A stretch of DNA of 64,000 nucleotides from Amoebophrya sp. A120. Taxonomy: Eukaryota > Protista > Dinoflagellata. The stretch covers positions 5,349,038 to 5,413,037 of the forward strand of contig CAJINV010000005.1 of the NCBI GenBank assembly GCA_905178155.1, written 5' to 3'. Shown piece after piece: positions 1 to 12,500 of this stretch; within the stretch, counting starts at the first letter, position 1, and each line of letters starts with the position of its first letter. The translations under genes were made by a program, and so were the position numbers. The notes under the pieces are model-generated. The model was not told the DNA's origin. It saw only the letters and a program-made list of their open reading frames with translations, and made no database searches.

Positions 1-877
1 TTTCAACGCGACACAGTGGTCTCAAGATGAACTGCGAAAACTTTTACGTGACTTTGTGATTTTCATCTCCTATGTGAAGCTTTCCGGCCTAACTTTTTCG
101 AAACTTTTATACTTTTTGTGAGGACGAGAATGTCAAGGGTTGTTGAAAATGTGTACTGGTATTCTATTTCACGAAAGGGCTCTATAATAAGTCGAGTTCG
201 ACTTTTTTCACTTTTTTGCTTTCAAGAGGTGATGAGTGTTTGTGTGTATCGCAAACATTATAGAAGAGATGATGTGGTAGATTCGATTAGGACTAGCAGG
301 AGGGTGCAACAACATCAAGAGGTACAACTATAAATCGCATGAATCATGTATCTGACAGCTAAATCTGAGACTACGGTCCAAAAACCTGCTTCTTTTTGCG
401 CGCATGAGGTTTGTTAAACATAATTTCACGCAACATATACTTCACTGGCTTTCCAAGAAAAAAAGCAATTGTGTGAGTGTGCCTCCTCCTTTCTGGAGGA
501 ACGGAAGAGCAACCGACGCAAAGTCTGGCTTTGAAAAGACAAAAGCTCCATTAAAGTCGTGTTCAGATGATGCAACCTAACGTGTGAATTGTTTCTTCGT
601 TGCCAGCGGAAGTGATACATAGATATGGCAAGGCCCGACGAGGATTTTTGTTGTTGATGCTGGCGGGCTCCCTAGTGTGTGAGACAACATGCAGATCCCC
701 GACCTGTCTCACTCGTCCTTTCCCTACTTTTTGCCGCGCAACACAGACCACAGAGGCGGAGGCAATTAGAGGGCTTCATTTTAATATTGAGACGTGGCAA
801 ATAGAAGAGCCATTGTTTACCAAGTTTAGGCTTTGTATTTGAAAAATTTGGACGTTTGAACATCGACGACGGCCATC

Positions 878-1438
878 ATGATGTTTCTTCTCCGCAACAA
901 AAACATGCTGATCAGAAGATCTTTGGCCGCCGGAGGATCTTCGAGCAGAGCACGAGTTTCTGCTTGTTCTTCGGGTGGCTACAACTTCCAACAAGCTCTA
1001 CTAGGTTGTCCTTTTTCATCCAGCGGCCGCACCACAAGTACCGTTTTGCTGCAACAACACCTACGGAGAACTATTAGCGGCGATCCTTGCAGCAGAGCCT
1101 TCTTTTCAACATCTGCAGCAGACACGGCTAGCAGTGCCACGTCTAGCTCTCCCGCCACCGCCGTGGAAAAATCTGCCCCACCAGCATCTACTTCCGAGCA
1201 AAAGAGCAGCGGCGCCTCTTCATCAGGAAGTACCTCGCGCCCCGCTCCCGGCATTTTTTCCCGGGCGAAGTCCTTCACATTCGGCGTGATTTTCGCTTCC
1301 GGCGTCAGCTTCTGGGTGTTGCTGCTGGAGGGACAGAAGATGCTGGATCGGCTGGAGACGTCGGTGCAAAAGGTGCTGGAGTACCAGACAAGGGTGGAGA
1401 GAAGGCTGGATCGGGTGGAAACGGCGCTGGCGGTGTGA
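878..1438 (+). CDS. Small probable mitochondrial membrane protein (presequence-like N-terminus, one TM helix, C-terminal coiled coil)
   Basis: Intronless 186-aa ORF; R/S/L-rich N-terminus with RAFFST; hydrophobic FGVIFASGVSFWVLL; heptad-like tail. Confidence 0.6.
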   Translation: MMFLLRNKNMLIRRSLAAGGSSSRARVSACSSGGYNFQQALLGCPFSSSGRTTSTVLLQQHLRRTISGDPCSRAFFSTSAADTASSATSSSPATAVEKSAPPASTSEQKSSGASSSGSTSRPAPGIFSRAKSFTFGVIFASGVSFWVLLLEGQKMLDRLETSVQKVLEYQTRVERRLDRVETALAV

Positions 1439-2247
1439 AGATCATGGGTGTTAAACGACGATAAGTCCTCTACGTATAATCGGTTTATCAAACACCAAAT
1501 TATGGCTACTTGCGAAGATGTCTCAAATTTGCAGAATCAACAAGAGATGAACAAACATCCTTGTCCTTCCCAATGGCTGCGAGAACCTGAAGCATGTTCC
1601 TTGTTCCGTGTTTGGAAGATTAGCAGCGTAGTTCTTGAGAAGTCTTCATGTATTTGATGGTCAACAACAACATTTCCTGTGGATGCTGAAACGAAAGACT
1701 GGGTGTTCTACTAATTCAATCTGGAACATCATCGCGAAACTGTTGCAGTGGTTTTTTTTTTTTGTTTGAGGTAGGAGCAAAAAGCACTATTACTGTAACT
1801 AGAACTACCTTGCGCGTGCTGCTGATATTTGTCAAGCGGGCGGCGGCTCCTGACGTCGGCGAGGAAAAGAAAGACGATCTCATTGTCGGTTAAGGTTTTT
1901 CTTTTGAAGTTGGGCGTTCTCAAATTATATCTGATCGTGAAAGTCGTGCTCATGATCGTCATCTTTGAAAGTTCGCCTGTTTTACTAGTACGATCGAACC
2001 ATCTAGTACCGGAATAACCATCTACCGCATGATCTTCAGCTGTGAGCGCGCAGCTACACCAACATCGTGCAAGGAGGCTTGTTTCTCGTCTTCCTCTTCT
2101 GGCCAAAGTAGGATAGTCACCCGAGGATCGCGGTTGAGTCAATGTAAATGTTTGACTTTTTGCTTTAGACCTATAGCATTTTTATCATGAGATATTTGCT
2201 GCATTATTTTTAAACTTGAGTCGTGCGCTTGCGAAACAAAATTCAAA

Positions 2248-5200
2248 ATGAAAATGACGTTGGGCCGCCGTAGCCTTCCACTCTTTTCGCCGGATAGAAG
2301 TTGCTCGAAAATGCGAGGTGACTGCTCCGCTGCAGCGATCGGGATAGCGAAGCTCTTACTTGTCGCGTTGAATATCGCGGTTTTCATTAGTGTCAGCGAT
2401 ACTACGAGCCCATCATTGACTGACAACGGGGACCAGGGACCCGTGCGAGTAGAACATCATGAAAATGCTGCAACTTCTGGACAAGCTCCCGCTGTGAGAT
2501 CTTCATTTGGAGCCGCCGCTCCCATTCTGTTCGCCTACGGGAAGAAGGTAAAAAAATTGCAGAAAATCAAGCTGGGTCGACGAAAGAAAATGAAACTCTC
2601 TCTGAAGAAAGCTTTACTGAACAACTACGTCCAGCCCTATAACCACATCCCCGGCGGAGGTTCCAATCCCGGCCCCCCTATGCCACCACCTGGCGGACTG
2701 CTGTCCGGAGGTCCTCTCGGTGCAGCTCCTCAACTCCCGGCGCCGCAGCAAATTTACATGAACGGCCCGCACCGAGGACAGCAGGGACAGCATGGTGGAT
2801 TTTCACACCCTACTTCTTCACAACAGTCGCTTTTACAGCAGCAGGCAAATTTCTTCCACCAAAGATCTTCTACTGCTTCTGCATCAAGAACCTCCTTCAC
2901 TGGGACGAGGAATTTACCCTCGTCTTCCAAGTTCCACCTTTTCCAGCAAGCCATTGACTCCGAGCGGGGGAAATGCCCCCACTGTCCGGAGATGCCGAGT
3001 TACGAGCTCGCGAAGGTGCAAAAGGTCGCATATGATTACGCAGAAGGGAATGCCCATCCCCCGGGACACGGACCAGGAAACTCCTTTTGGACTACTGTTG
3101 ATAACAGCCCGTATGAGAGTGCAAAACTCCCCCCCCCTTTTTTGTAATGCAAAACCCCAAGTCCAGTTGGTGCCTTGACCTTGTGGATGCACTGGCTGCA
3201 TGACAAATTCCAGAATGTCAAACAGTACTACATTCGGCGCGTGAATTTGTCATGGACAGACTCCACGTGTGTTGGTGGTTGTGATGCTGTTCATGCCATA
3301 CAAATGAGGGGGAGGGGGAGTGGTGCAAACGCATAGCCCGTTGGTGAAGCCCACGAAATACTCCGGCTGGAGTTACAGGGACTACGCAGACAAGGAACTG
3401 CGGTATGTGCAGCTGTTGACCGAGCGGAAATTGCAGGCGGACTTTGATAACTATCTTTTGTACGCGGAGGCCAGATCCACGCAGATTTTCGGAAGCTCGT
3501 TTTTCGGGGGCAGCAGGAGTAGTGCAACTACATCAGGAGTAGACCAATACGCAACGACCCCTAGTACCAGCAGCTCTAGCACCACACGACAGCAGCTGCA
3601 TCCAGACCACCAGTCCGCGGCTCAACATCGCCCACCGCCGAGGGAGCGCTTCACCTTTTCAGATTTGCACTACTATGAGAAACGACAAGGAAACGAGTTT
3701 TTGCGAAAAATAGCCGTGGAGCATGACAAACTCGACCCGACCTTTCAGCAGTACTTTTTCCACGGGACCTCGCTAAGCTTCAGCGACCATGAGCTGCGGT
3801 ATTTGAGTGATCAGGATTTGCACAGTCATGACGATTTCAAGCAGGTGCCGTTGCACGACCACGTGGGGCGGTCTTCTCCAATCGTGCAGCTTATGAGAGT
3901 GCACAACTCCCCCTTCCCCTCATTTGTATGGGATGAACAGCAATACAAACACCAGCACACACGGAGCCTGTGCATGACAAATTTATGCACCTCCTTCTAG
4001 CGTACTATTACTATTTGGCGGGCTTCCGGCATTTGTGATGCAAACGAAACAGTGCCACACGGCAGCGACTGGATTTGGGTTTTTGCATGACAAATGAGGG
4101 GGAGGGGGAGTTGTGCACTGTCATACAGCTTCGCGGTAAAGAAGGGTTGAAGTTCCACAAGAGGTCCACCGGCCGATTGCGCAACATGCTCCGCCTTGGT
4201 TTACAGCAGGAGGCGAACTGCGGGAGCAATGGGAACCTGTACGGATCGGGGATTTATTTAGCGAAGGACTTCCACAAAGCAGCACAGTACTCAAGATGGT
4301 GTTTGTATGTCTTCAGCAAATTTTTTTCTTTCCCGTACGCGTAGAAGTAGTACAAGTAGTGGCTTTGCTTTGGCATGACAAATTTTATTTGCCACAATCT
4401 TCCCCTCGTGACGAGTCTGAATGTTGTACTTCGTTCTAGCAGGACAAGAAGCTTCACGTAAGGTTCTTCTTGGGAGTCCTCACAGTTTTGTACACAAAAA
4501 TGCACGGGAAAAAGGAACGATTTGTGATATTCCATACCTTGGAGAAAGTGCGGATGACTAGCCAGCAAAGCGGCGTCACTCGCGATTATTCCCCTCAAGG
4601 TCGGTGGCAAGCGATTGTGGTGGTGAAACTCACCCTGCCGAGGAAGTACGAGAGAAGGGACAACGGGATTCCGAACAGAGTTGCGAAATTGAAACGCGGC
4701 ACCACCAAGCTGTTCCAACGAGATGTATTCACGAAGCCATCCAAGCCGGAAGAGAAACGAGCCTGGGAAGAAAACCGCGATAGATACTTCCAGCCACGAA
4801 ACCTGATCCGGCGGAAGAGATTTTTTCGGCCGCGCCTTATCAATGGTTTGCCTGCGGTAACTCCGACTCCAGGCACAGCAGCTGGCGCTGCTACAACACC
4901 GGCTGCGCCACAAAAAGATCCTTGGGAAACAGACGTGGTAGATCTGTTATGCATTGCAAAAGTATCGTACTCGTATAAACGCATTACAGATTTCCTCAGC
5001 ATGAGAAAATTTGTCATGCGGATTTACCTTCGGAAAAAGATTTGTAATGCATGACTGCAATTACTACGGGTGCGATACTTTTGATCAGGATATCTGTTTT
5101 ACCCAAGCAAAAATCAGGGCGGCGACATCGATGACGAGGTCGATTCAGAGGACGATAGTACTTCACCAGGTATACTTCGCCGCCTTTTAGGTACAACTAG

Positions 5201-8200
5201 AGCGCCACCAGTCGGACAGTATGACAGCAAGAAGCGGTATCGCAAGAAAAAAAGATTGTAGGTGTAACTTTCTTGGAGGATTAGCGTGACAAATATGTCT
5301 CGCATGACAGCAAAAACCTGTCATGCGCAGATAGAATGTGAAACACCCTTGAATGGACCCTACTATGCAGGGTTAACATGACAGGCGCAATCAATTTACA
5401 TGCTGCGCATCCCAAATTTACACAAACAACTTTGTTTTCTTTCATAAGCGGCAGTTCCGCGTCCGCCACGTGGGTGGGCACGAGTTGACGCCAAAGGAAG
5501 GGTATGCATTGCAAAAGTATCGTACTCGTATAAAAAATGCATTACAAATTATTTCCTCAGCATAAGAATGAAATTTGTAATGCGGATTTACCTTAAGAAA
5601 TGCGTGACTGCAATTCGAGTGTGTACGATACTTCTGCACAGGATAAAGGGAAGCAGCTACACACGGAGTTTGTCGTTCACGATGTGTCTTTACTGGAAAT
5701 TGCCTACATCCTCATCTACGACGTACCTGTCGGCCGAAACCCGGTGACCGACTTCCTAACCGAGTACCAACACGCGCACCACAAAATCGGCCTTGGCGGG
5801 GGTGTCACGGAGGTTATGGGCTACGACCCCATCACCTTACAGCCATCAGCGAATGTAAGGGAGTCCGCGGTAGTGGAGGGAAGGCGATCCTACTGGCGGA
5901 GTTGTGGGGTTTTGAAGGTATACATTGCAAATATGTCTGGGTCTGGAAACTTGTGATGCTAAAAGTGAACGATAGACGCACTGCAATACGCAGCTACGCA
6001 TGACAAATTTTTTGGCTGCCATGTCTTACGTATTCCGCATGGCAAGCTGCGTTTTTGCGTGAAAGGGAAGTGTGCTTTTTCGTGCGTATGCAACACAGGT
6101 TCTCGAGTCATTGTCATGCCACACAAGCATGACAAACTTGCATTCTTCCAGACCCAGACATTTTTGCACTTGATAGAAGGAAGTGTCTGTCGATGAACTG
6201 TGTCTGTGCTGCTCCCCCTGCGTGTGCATTTTGGTGCCGGACTGCGTGAAGGAAAAGATTGCGACAAATTTGAAACTGTGTGGGTCGTTATGCGCGGGAA
6301 ATCTATCGTGCAAGAGCTTCTGCAACGTGTTAAGGAACTGCGCTTGCTGTGCGGATCCGCGGCAAGGGACAGGATTGGCGAAACTTTTGCGAAGTAGCGC
6401 GGGGGGACTGATGAGCGCAGCCGCGTCGTCCTCTTCTAGAAGTAGAGAGTGCACCAGTTTGCCCGGCGGCCGGTTCAATTTTCACAACTTTTCCAACACG
6501 GAATATGACCCACTCGTGTTGGAGGAGGCCATCGAAGGAGGTGGAGAGCAGGGATCAGCACAAGCTGGACATCATGTTCAAAACGCCGTACCACAATCAT
6601 CAAACTGTTGCAGCTGCCTATACAACAGCGCTCCAAGCAGAAATACCACGACGAAAAATCAGTTTTGGTGCGGCTTCGGCGGCCACAACGGATGCGCCCT
6701 CTGTGTGCACGGTGGTTTCGAATGCTTGTGTGGTGAAATCGGGAGGATAAACGGCATCACCTGTATGATTGTGAAAAAAATATATGTTCCCCGCTTGTTC
6801 CCATAAGAATGCAGACTTATTCCCATAATACCTGTGATCATGCAGATTTGATGTCGCCACCAATCCAAAGCAAATCAGCTTTGTCTTGCAGTAGAAATGA
6901 ACTGGAGGTGTAATATGCTAGGCCTGCTCTTCAGCATGATTTTAGACGTTCTTATTGCTGTAGGCTTATGCTAAAGCGCATTTTTACAATATCAATGGCC
7001 TGCCAAATGTTTCCGCTCGCTCTTGCTTCCCAAATATGCAAGACAGAGGCAGTACAGAGGCTGCAGTAGTACCGTACACAAACCAGCAGCACTAAGTTTA
7101 TTGGGGACCACGAGGGGATATTTTTCCTAAACATCATAATAAGCCTAATGGGCGGCTCCGAAGGGAAGGAGCAAAATTGTGATATTTGCAGAATTGGCCA
7201 GGAGTACAAGATCAACGACCAGTGTTTACATCTACAAACGCAAAAGGTATCCTGTGCAAAAGTATCGTACTCGTATAAATGCAAGTCTCGCATCACAAAT
7301 TTTTTTCTTAAGGTAAATCCGCATGACAAATTTTATTTCTCATGCTGAGGAAATTTGTAATGCATTTATACGAATACGATACTTTTGCAGTTCATAAAAG
7401 GATTGCCTGCACAATGTCTGCACCTGTTGCGGACACCACACGACGTATGACAGTGCACAACTTCGTCCCCTCTCCCCCTCATTTGTATAGCATGAACGAC
7501 AATACAAGCATCAGCAAGAGTGCCGATTTTGCATGACAAATTTGCACTGGTGGGATGTAGTGCTGTTTGGAGTTGTGCCAGAACTTGTCATGCAAACAGT
7601 GCCAAGGGGAAGGCACAGCCCGTAACCGTATTTGGGATTTTGCATCACAAATGAGGGTGCGGGGGGAGTTGTGCACTTTCACACGACGCCTGCACCGGGG
7701 TGCGCGGAACAGTTTGTGTCGACGAACGTCATCGATAAATGTATCCTGAGGAAAATCGTGTTTTTGAATTTGTGATGCTATGAACTGGATAAGCAGATGG
7801 ATCTGTGATGCGGCTGCACTTGCTTCTATCCTGCACTGCACTACGGAGTGCAACTTGTCATGCGTGACTCCCAAAGCTTCTAGGTTTGTGTTGCAAAATC
7901 CCCATGATCTTGCCTCTGGCGTCGTGGGGACGTTTTTACTCAGGATAAAGTGCGAGCCGACGGTCTTGTCGAAACTTAGCTGTGGACATCTGGCCGGGAC
8001 AGTGAAGTACGGTTTGCCCCACATGTGTCTGGTGTACCTCGCGATGCAATATCTTCCAGAAAAAAACACCCAGCCCCATCCAATTATTTGTCATGCAAAA
8101 TATGCATAACATCCTGTGTTTGTCATGCGAAAAATGGATGGAAGTGGGTTTTTTTCTGTGGAGATGCAAATCTGTTGCCAAATCGCGACCAGTCTCGGGA

Positions 8201-8307
8201 GCGGGGAATTTGAAGCGTATACTTTAGGGTTGGAAACCCCCTGGGAGCCTGCCGAGGATTACGACGTCGAGCCGGGGGAATTTGTGAAGCTGGTGGATGT
8301 GGAGTAG
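2248..8307 (+). CDS. PARP-like (H-Y-E) ADP-ribosyltransferase with N-terminal hydrophobic segment and Cys-rich C-terminus; multi-exon
   Basis: After element removal: YFFHGTS, LYGSGIYLAKDFHKAAQYS, QAIVVVKL and TEFVVHDVSLLEIAYILIY occur in PARP catalytic order. Region 6764-7082 is unresolved (in-frame TAG at 7067), so the 3' part may be spliced differently or be a separate gene. Confidence 0.7.
3112..3335. mobile_element. TIR intron element F1
   Basis: DR gcccg/gcccg; removal joins DNSP-LVKP in frame. Confidence 0.85.
3892..4125. mobile_element. TIR intron element F1
   Basis: DR cagct/cagct; long TIR; joins IVQL-RGKE. Confidence 0.9.
4306..4536. mobile_element. Degenerate TIR intron element (singleton)
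   Basis: tatg..cata, imperfect TIR, DR gtttg/ccttg; joins YSRWCL-EKVR. Confidence 0.6.
4948..5092. mobile_element. TIR intron element F2
   Basis: DR tctgt/tctgt; joins VDLF-YPSK. Confidence 0.9.
5238..5446. mobile_element. TIR intron element F4
   Basis: DR agcgg/agcgg; joins KKR-QFR. Confidence 0.85.
5503..5645. mobile_element. TIR intron element F2
   Basis: DR aaggg/aaggg; joins KEG-KQLHTEF. Confidence 0.9.
5919..6175. mobile_element. TIR intron element F3
   Basis: DR gaagg/gaagg (can be read as GT-AG); joins LK-EVSV. Confidence 0.9.
6764..6997. mobile_element. Possible highly degenerate TIR intron element
   Basis: tatgattgtgaaaaa vs tttttacaatatca; DR acctg/gcctg; downstream frame hits a stop. 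Confidence 0.35.
7248..7396. mobile_element. TIR intron element F2 (opposite orientation to 4948)
   Basis: DR aaagg/aaagg; joins QK-DCLH. Confidence 0.9.
7446..7683. mobile_element. TIR intron element F1
   Basis: DR cgacg/cgacg; ends ACA. Confidence 0.85.
7742..7947. mobile_element. TIR intron element (singleton)
   Basis: tatcctgaggaaaa / ttttactcaggata; DR aaatg/aagtg. Confidence 0.8.
8050..8164. mobile_element. TIR intron element F5
   Basis: DR tgcaa/tgcaa; ends AGA; joins AMQ-ICC. Confidence 0.85.
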
Positions 8308-9512
8308 AATTGTCGGTCGTAGAGGAGTTGTTTTTAGGACACTTACGAGGAGCAAGGCAAATTTCCTACAGAACAGCATTCGTTTTGCGACTGTGAGATG
8401 ACATTCCAATTTGTCAGAAGATAGTACGATAATATATGATTTGTGTAAGCAAGCTTGTTGGCAGCACATTGTCGACAGGACGACGTCCTCGGCTTGGATG
8501 CCGTTAGTGGTCACCTGTCTCGTGATGAATAAAGAAGATTATACAAGATTTTTTAGTTTTCTGCGAAAACACAAATGCAAATTTACCAGCGAAGTTTCCA
8601 TTGCGAACTAGAACCTCTTTCAGCTCAAGAATGCTGGAACAAATATTACGACCAATAGGCGGCCGCGGCCAAGAACGTCAAAAAGGCCGACCTGACTTTG
8701 AGAATAAAGGATCAATCTGCATCGAAAAATGTAAGCAACGACGGCGATGAACTGCCTAACACCAGCCTATTTTGGTTTATTTGGGAATACAGAAGGATAA
8801 ACTTGCCGATGGACGATTTTGAAGAAAATGAATTGCGACGGACATAGCGAAGAAGTTTTGGAACAATTATTCGGAATTTGAGCTCAGCGAGCACATGCTC
8901 AACAACACGATGCGGGAATCGCCGGAGTCGCCGTTTATTCTGGCATCGGCGGTCTTGTTATCGGCGGAGCTTTATTGCCTTAAGCGAGAGGCGCAATGAG
9001 TACATTCCTCGTCGTGAAGAAAGATGCATTTTTGCATTTTAGCTCAACATCGGCATCGCAATATCGTTGTCGTAGGAGAATAAAATATCGTTTTTTATCG
9101 CTTTCTTTGTTGTGGTCGTATGAGTGCTAGTGTTTGCTGTCCTCGCAGCTCCTTGTTTAGGTCTTCACGACCTCCGTGGTCAACAATTGATTGAGGGCAA
9201 CACGTCCTTCCCTTCGTGTATTCTTTTTTTCCTCGTCGCGTCGATTGGTTCGCCACCAGCAACACGATCATCGTTATATCCTCGACAAGATTAAGATTTT
9301 CCCTCTCTTGCAATTATCCCGACTAGGGATGAACAAGGTGTAGTTCAAACCGTTTTAGACCCTTATTTCTGTGTCTGCTTTGCCAACAACTGGTGTCCAA
9401 CTTTCATATTTGTGATATAGTACTTCAATTTTATTTGGTGGCTCTTACCCAGCAAAGCAACACCCTCACTTCAGCTTCACCCCACAGAGAATCGCAGTGT
9501 TAAAAAAACATC

Positions 9513-12500
9513 ATGCCGGAATCCTCCCCAGCCCCTCTTCCGGATATCCAAGAAAAAAACATTGTAGGTGTAACTTTTTTGGAGGAACAGCATTACAAAT
9601 TTGTCTGGCATGACAGCAAAAACCTGTCATGCGCAGATAGTACGTGAAAACGCCGATGAATGGGCCCTACAATGCCGGCACAGCATGACAGGCTCAATCA
9701 ATTTGCATGTTGCGCATCACAAATTTACACTAACAGCCTTTTTTTCTTGGATACCGGACCTGAGCCGCACAGTGCGGTTCAACGAGGACGAGAATCTGAA
9801 CAACGAGAAGCACGATTTGTCGGGCCTGTTCTACATATGCATTGCAAATATGTCTGGGTCTGGAAGATTGTGAGATTTCTCATGCTAGTTTGGCATAACT
9901 CTGAACTTTGTATTGCGTGGCCATGAAGAACACACTCCTCTGGTCTGTCGTGCAAACACGATGTTTCTCATGCGGAATACGCAACACAGAGCCACGAGAA
10001 AATCTGTCATGTTGCTTGGCGGTGCATTACTTTACAGTGCGCTTCTTGTTCACTGACATGCATCACAAGTTTCCAGACCCACACATTTTTGCACTTGATA
10101 CTACACGACGAGACGGCAGTATTTGATCAACCAACTCCCCGTGACCGAGCCGAAATCGAAACAGTTGACGGAATATCCTGTGCAAAATTATCGTACTCGT
10201 AATATTGCAGTCTTGCATTACAAATCTTGTTCTTAAGGGGTAAATCAGAATTACAAATTTTATTTCTCATGCTGAGGAAATTTGTAATGCATTTATACGA
10301 GTACGATACTTTTGCAATGCATACGGAACTAGAGAAAATCGAACTAGAAGCGAAAGAAGAGCTCGACTTTGCTTTGAAATTTGCCAATGCCTGTAGGAGG
10401 TCAACAGCGGTCGTGAAGGCGGCGCAAGCCGGGTTCTTCGAGGAGGAATCAGAGGACGAATTGAGCTCCACTCCCGTGCCGACTGAATCGGAGAAGGTGG
10501 AGAAGAGTAGCAGCAGTCTGTCATCGCGTGCTGGTGGCTTTACAACATCCATCGAGCGAAGCAGCACCAATGCAGTCGCGAGTGTCGGGAACAAAGGTTT
10601 GCCGGGGTTCAGATCATCTTTTGGGAGAACTACGCAGACTGGTGCACCAGGTGCTGGACAAGAAACCCAGGGGGATGGTGGAGAGCCTCCTCCCCCGACG
10701 AACGAGGAACTCGCAGAGTTAAAGAAGCATGAAGCCATCAAGCAACAAAAAAAGAGGAGAAAGCAGAAGGAAAAATGGGAAAAGTTTTACAACTACTACA
10801 TCGAAACGGGGACGGATTACTTGACGATATCCAGGAAAGGACACCCATCCCCATCCAATTTGTCATGCAAAAGATGGAAAAACTCTTGTGTTTGTCATGC
10901 AAAAACTGGGTGGGGATCGGTGTTTTTTCGTCGATAGACCAACGAAGAGTACTACTGCTGCGAGGAATCGACTATCGAGGAGATCTGCCAGGTCATGTTT
11001 TTGCAAATCCAGTTTCTCGCCAGTAAAAGACAGGAATACAAGGGGTTCAAAGCGGCTGCGGTGCAAGATCGGGCAGATGATGAACAGGCAGCGAAATTGC
11101 AGCTGCGGGATCATGCGGAGGTTCTTGACGGAGTAGATGTTCACAGCTCGTTGAACACTTCGCGGTCTGTGTCCTCCTCTTCCACGACTCCCAAGGGCCC
11201 GTTTCAGGAGCTTCTTGACGCGGCCGGGAATAAAGGGAGAAAACTACCGTTGAAAGACCTGATCATCCAACCGCAGAACACGCCGAGGATCAACACGCGT
11301 AGTGGAAGTAGAAGCAGGGGAGTGGATGGAGGTCGAAGGAATAATGGCAATCGTTGTACTAGCAGCAACTGTAGCAGCAGTTCCTCCGCCACAGAGTCCT
11401 CTTCTTCCGCAAACACTATCTACTCCGGCTCAGCGGAGAGTGTGCGTTCCTTTCTCCGCGAATTGTCGGTCCGGACCCTGGGGTACGATTTATTGCGAGC
11501 GCAGCAGGAGCGAGCCGTCGGAACTACAGCGAGGGCTAGAACAGGAACACGTAGTACTGAAGATGCAGGTGACCACTTAGTTCAACATAGTGGAACCGAG
11601 TCCAACGAATCTACGGGACGAGATGCAGCAGCAGTTGTAGAAGATACGAACAACCAGACCGCACTGCGATTCGTGTTTGAGGTGTTGGATTATGCTTTGT
11701 CAACTACATATCAAATGTAAAAATGTCTGGGTCTGGAAGGTTCTGACACTTGTCATGCACGTTTTGCATGAGCCATGATGTCTGTGATGCATACCCTAGC
11801 AATACAGATTTTCTGAGGGCTTCTTGATGCCTATTCCGCATGACAAATGCCTTCGCAGCGTAGTAAGAATTGCATTCTGATGTTTGCTACTCATGCAATA
11901 CAGATTTTTTTGGAATCCAAATACAGCATTACAAGTTGCATTCTTCCAGACCCAGACATTTTTGCATTTCATACTACAGGAGGCGCGGTGTCTACTTCCG
12001 GTGAAGAAGAACAAGACTACACGACGAGAACTACGGGCCCTCTGCGGAGGTCCAAGAACAACTACACGGCTGGCGCACGAGGGGAATACAGCACGACAGA
12101 AAGAACTGCGAAGCAACTCGCCAGTCGAGTTGTTGCTGCGGCGCTTGAAGATGAAGATCTTCCGGGTGTTGATCAGAGTAGACACGACAAAGATGATATC
12201 AGTTCACTACCCTTCACCGAAGACTTGAAGATCTTGCCGCGGCGAGCGGACGCCGACCACAGGAGCAGGCGGAATAATTTCAAACCCGATACTAGTACAA
12301 CTTGGAAAACCGAACTGGTGGAGTTTCTCGATTTGGAAGAAGTAGAGGCGCAGGCATCTTCATCTGCGGCTTCATCATCATCTGCTGTTCATCATCTTGC
12401 GTCGTCGAGTAGCAACCGGGCTGGTGCAGCAGCTATTCCGCATGACAAGTTCAGCCAATCCTTCGTGCACGCTTTGCTGGACGAAGTGCTTGATCCAGAG

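Noticed and set aside
7061-7072. In-frame TAG in the PARP-like gene as stop-codon readthrough or recoding
   Set aside because: Single case next to an unresolved degenerate intron; TAG is used as a normal stop in other genes here
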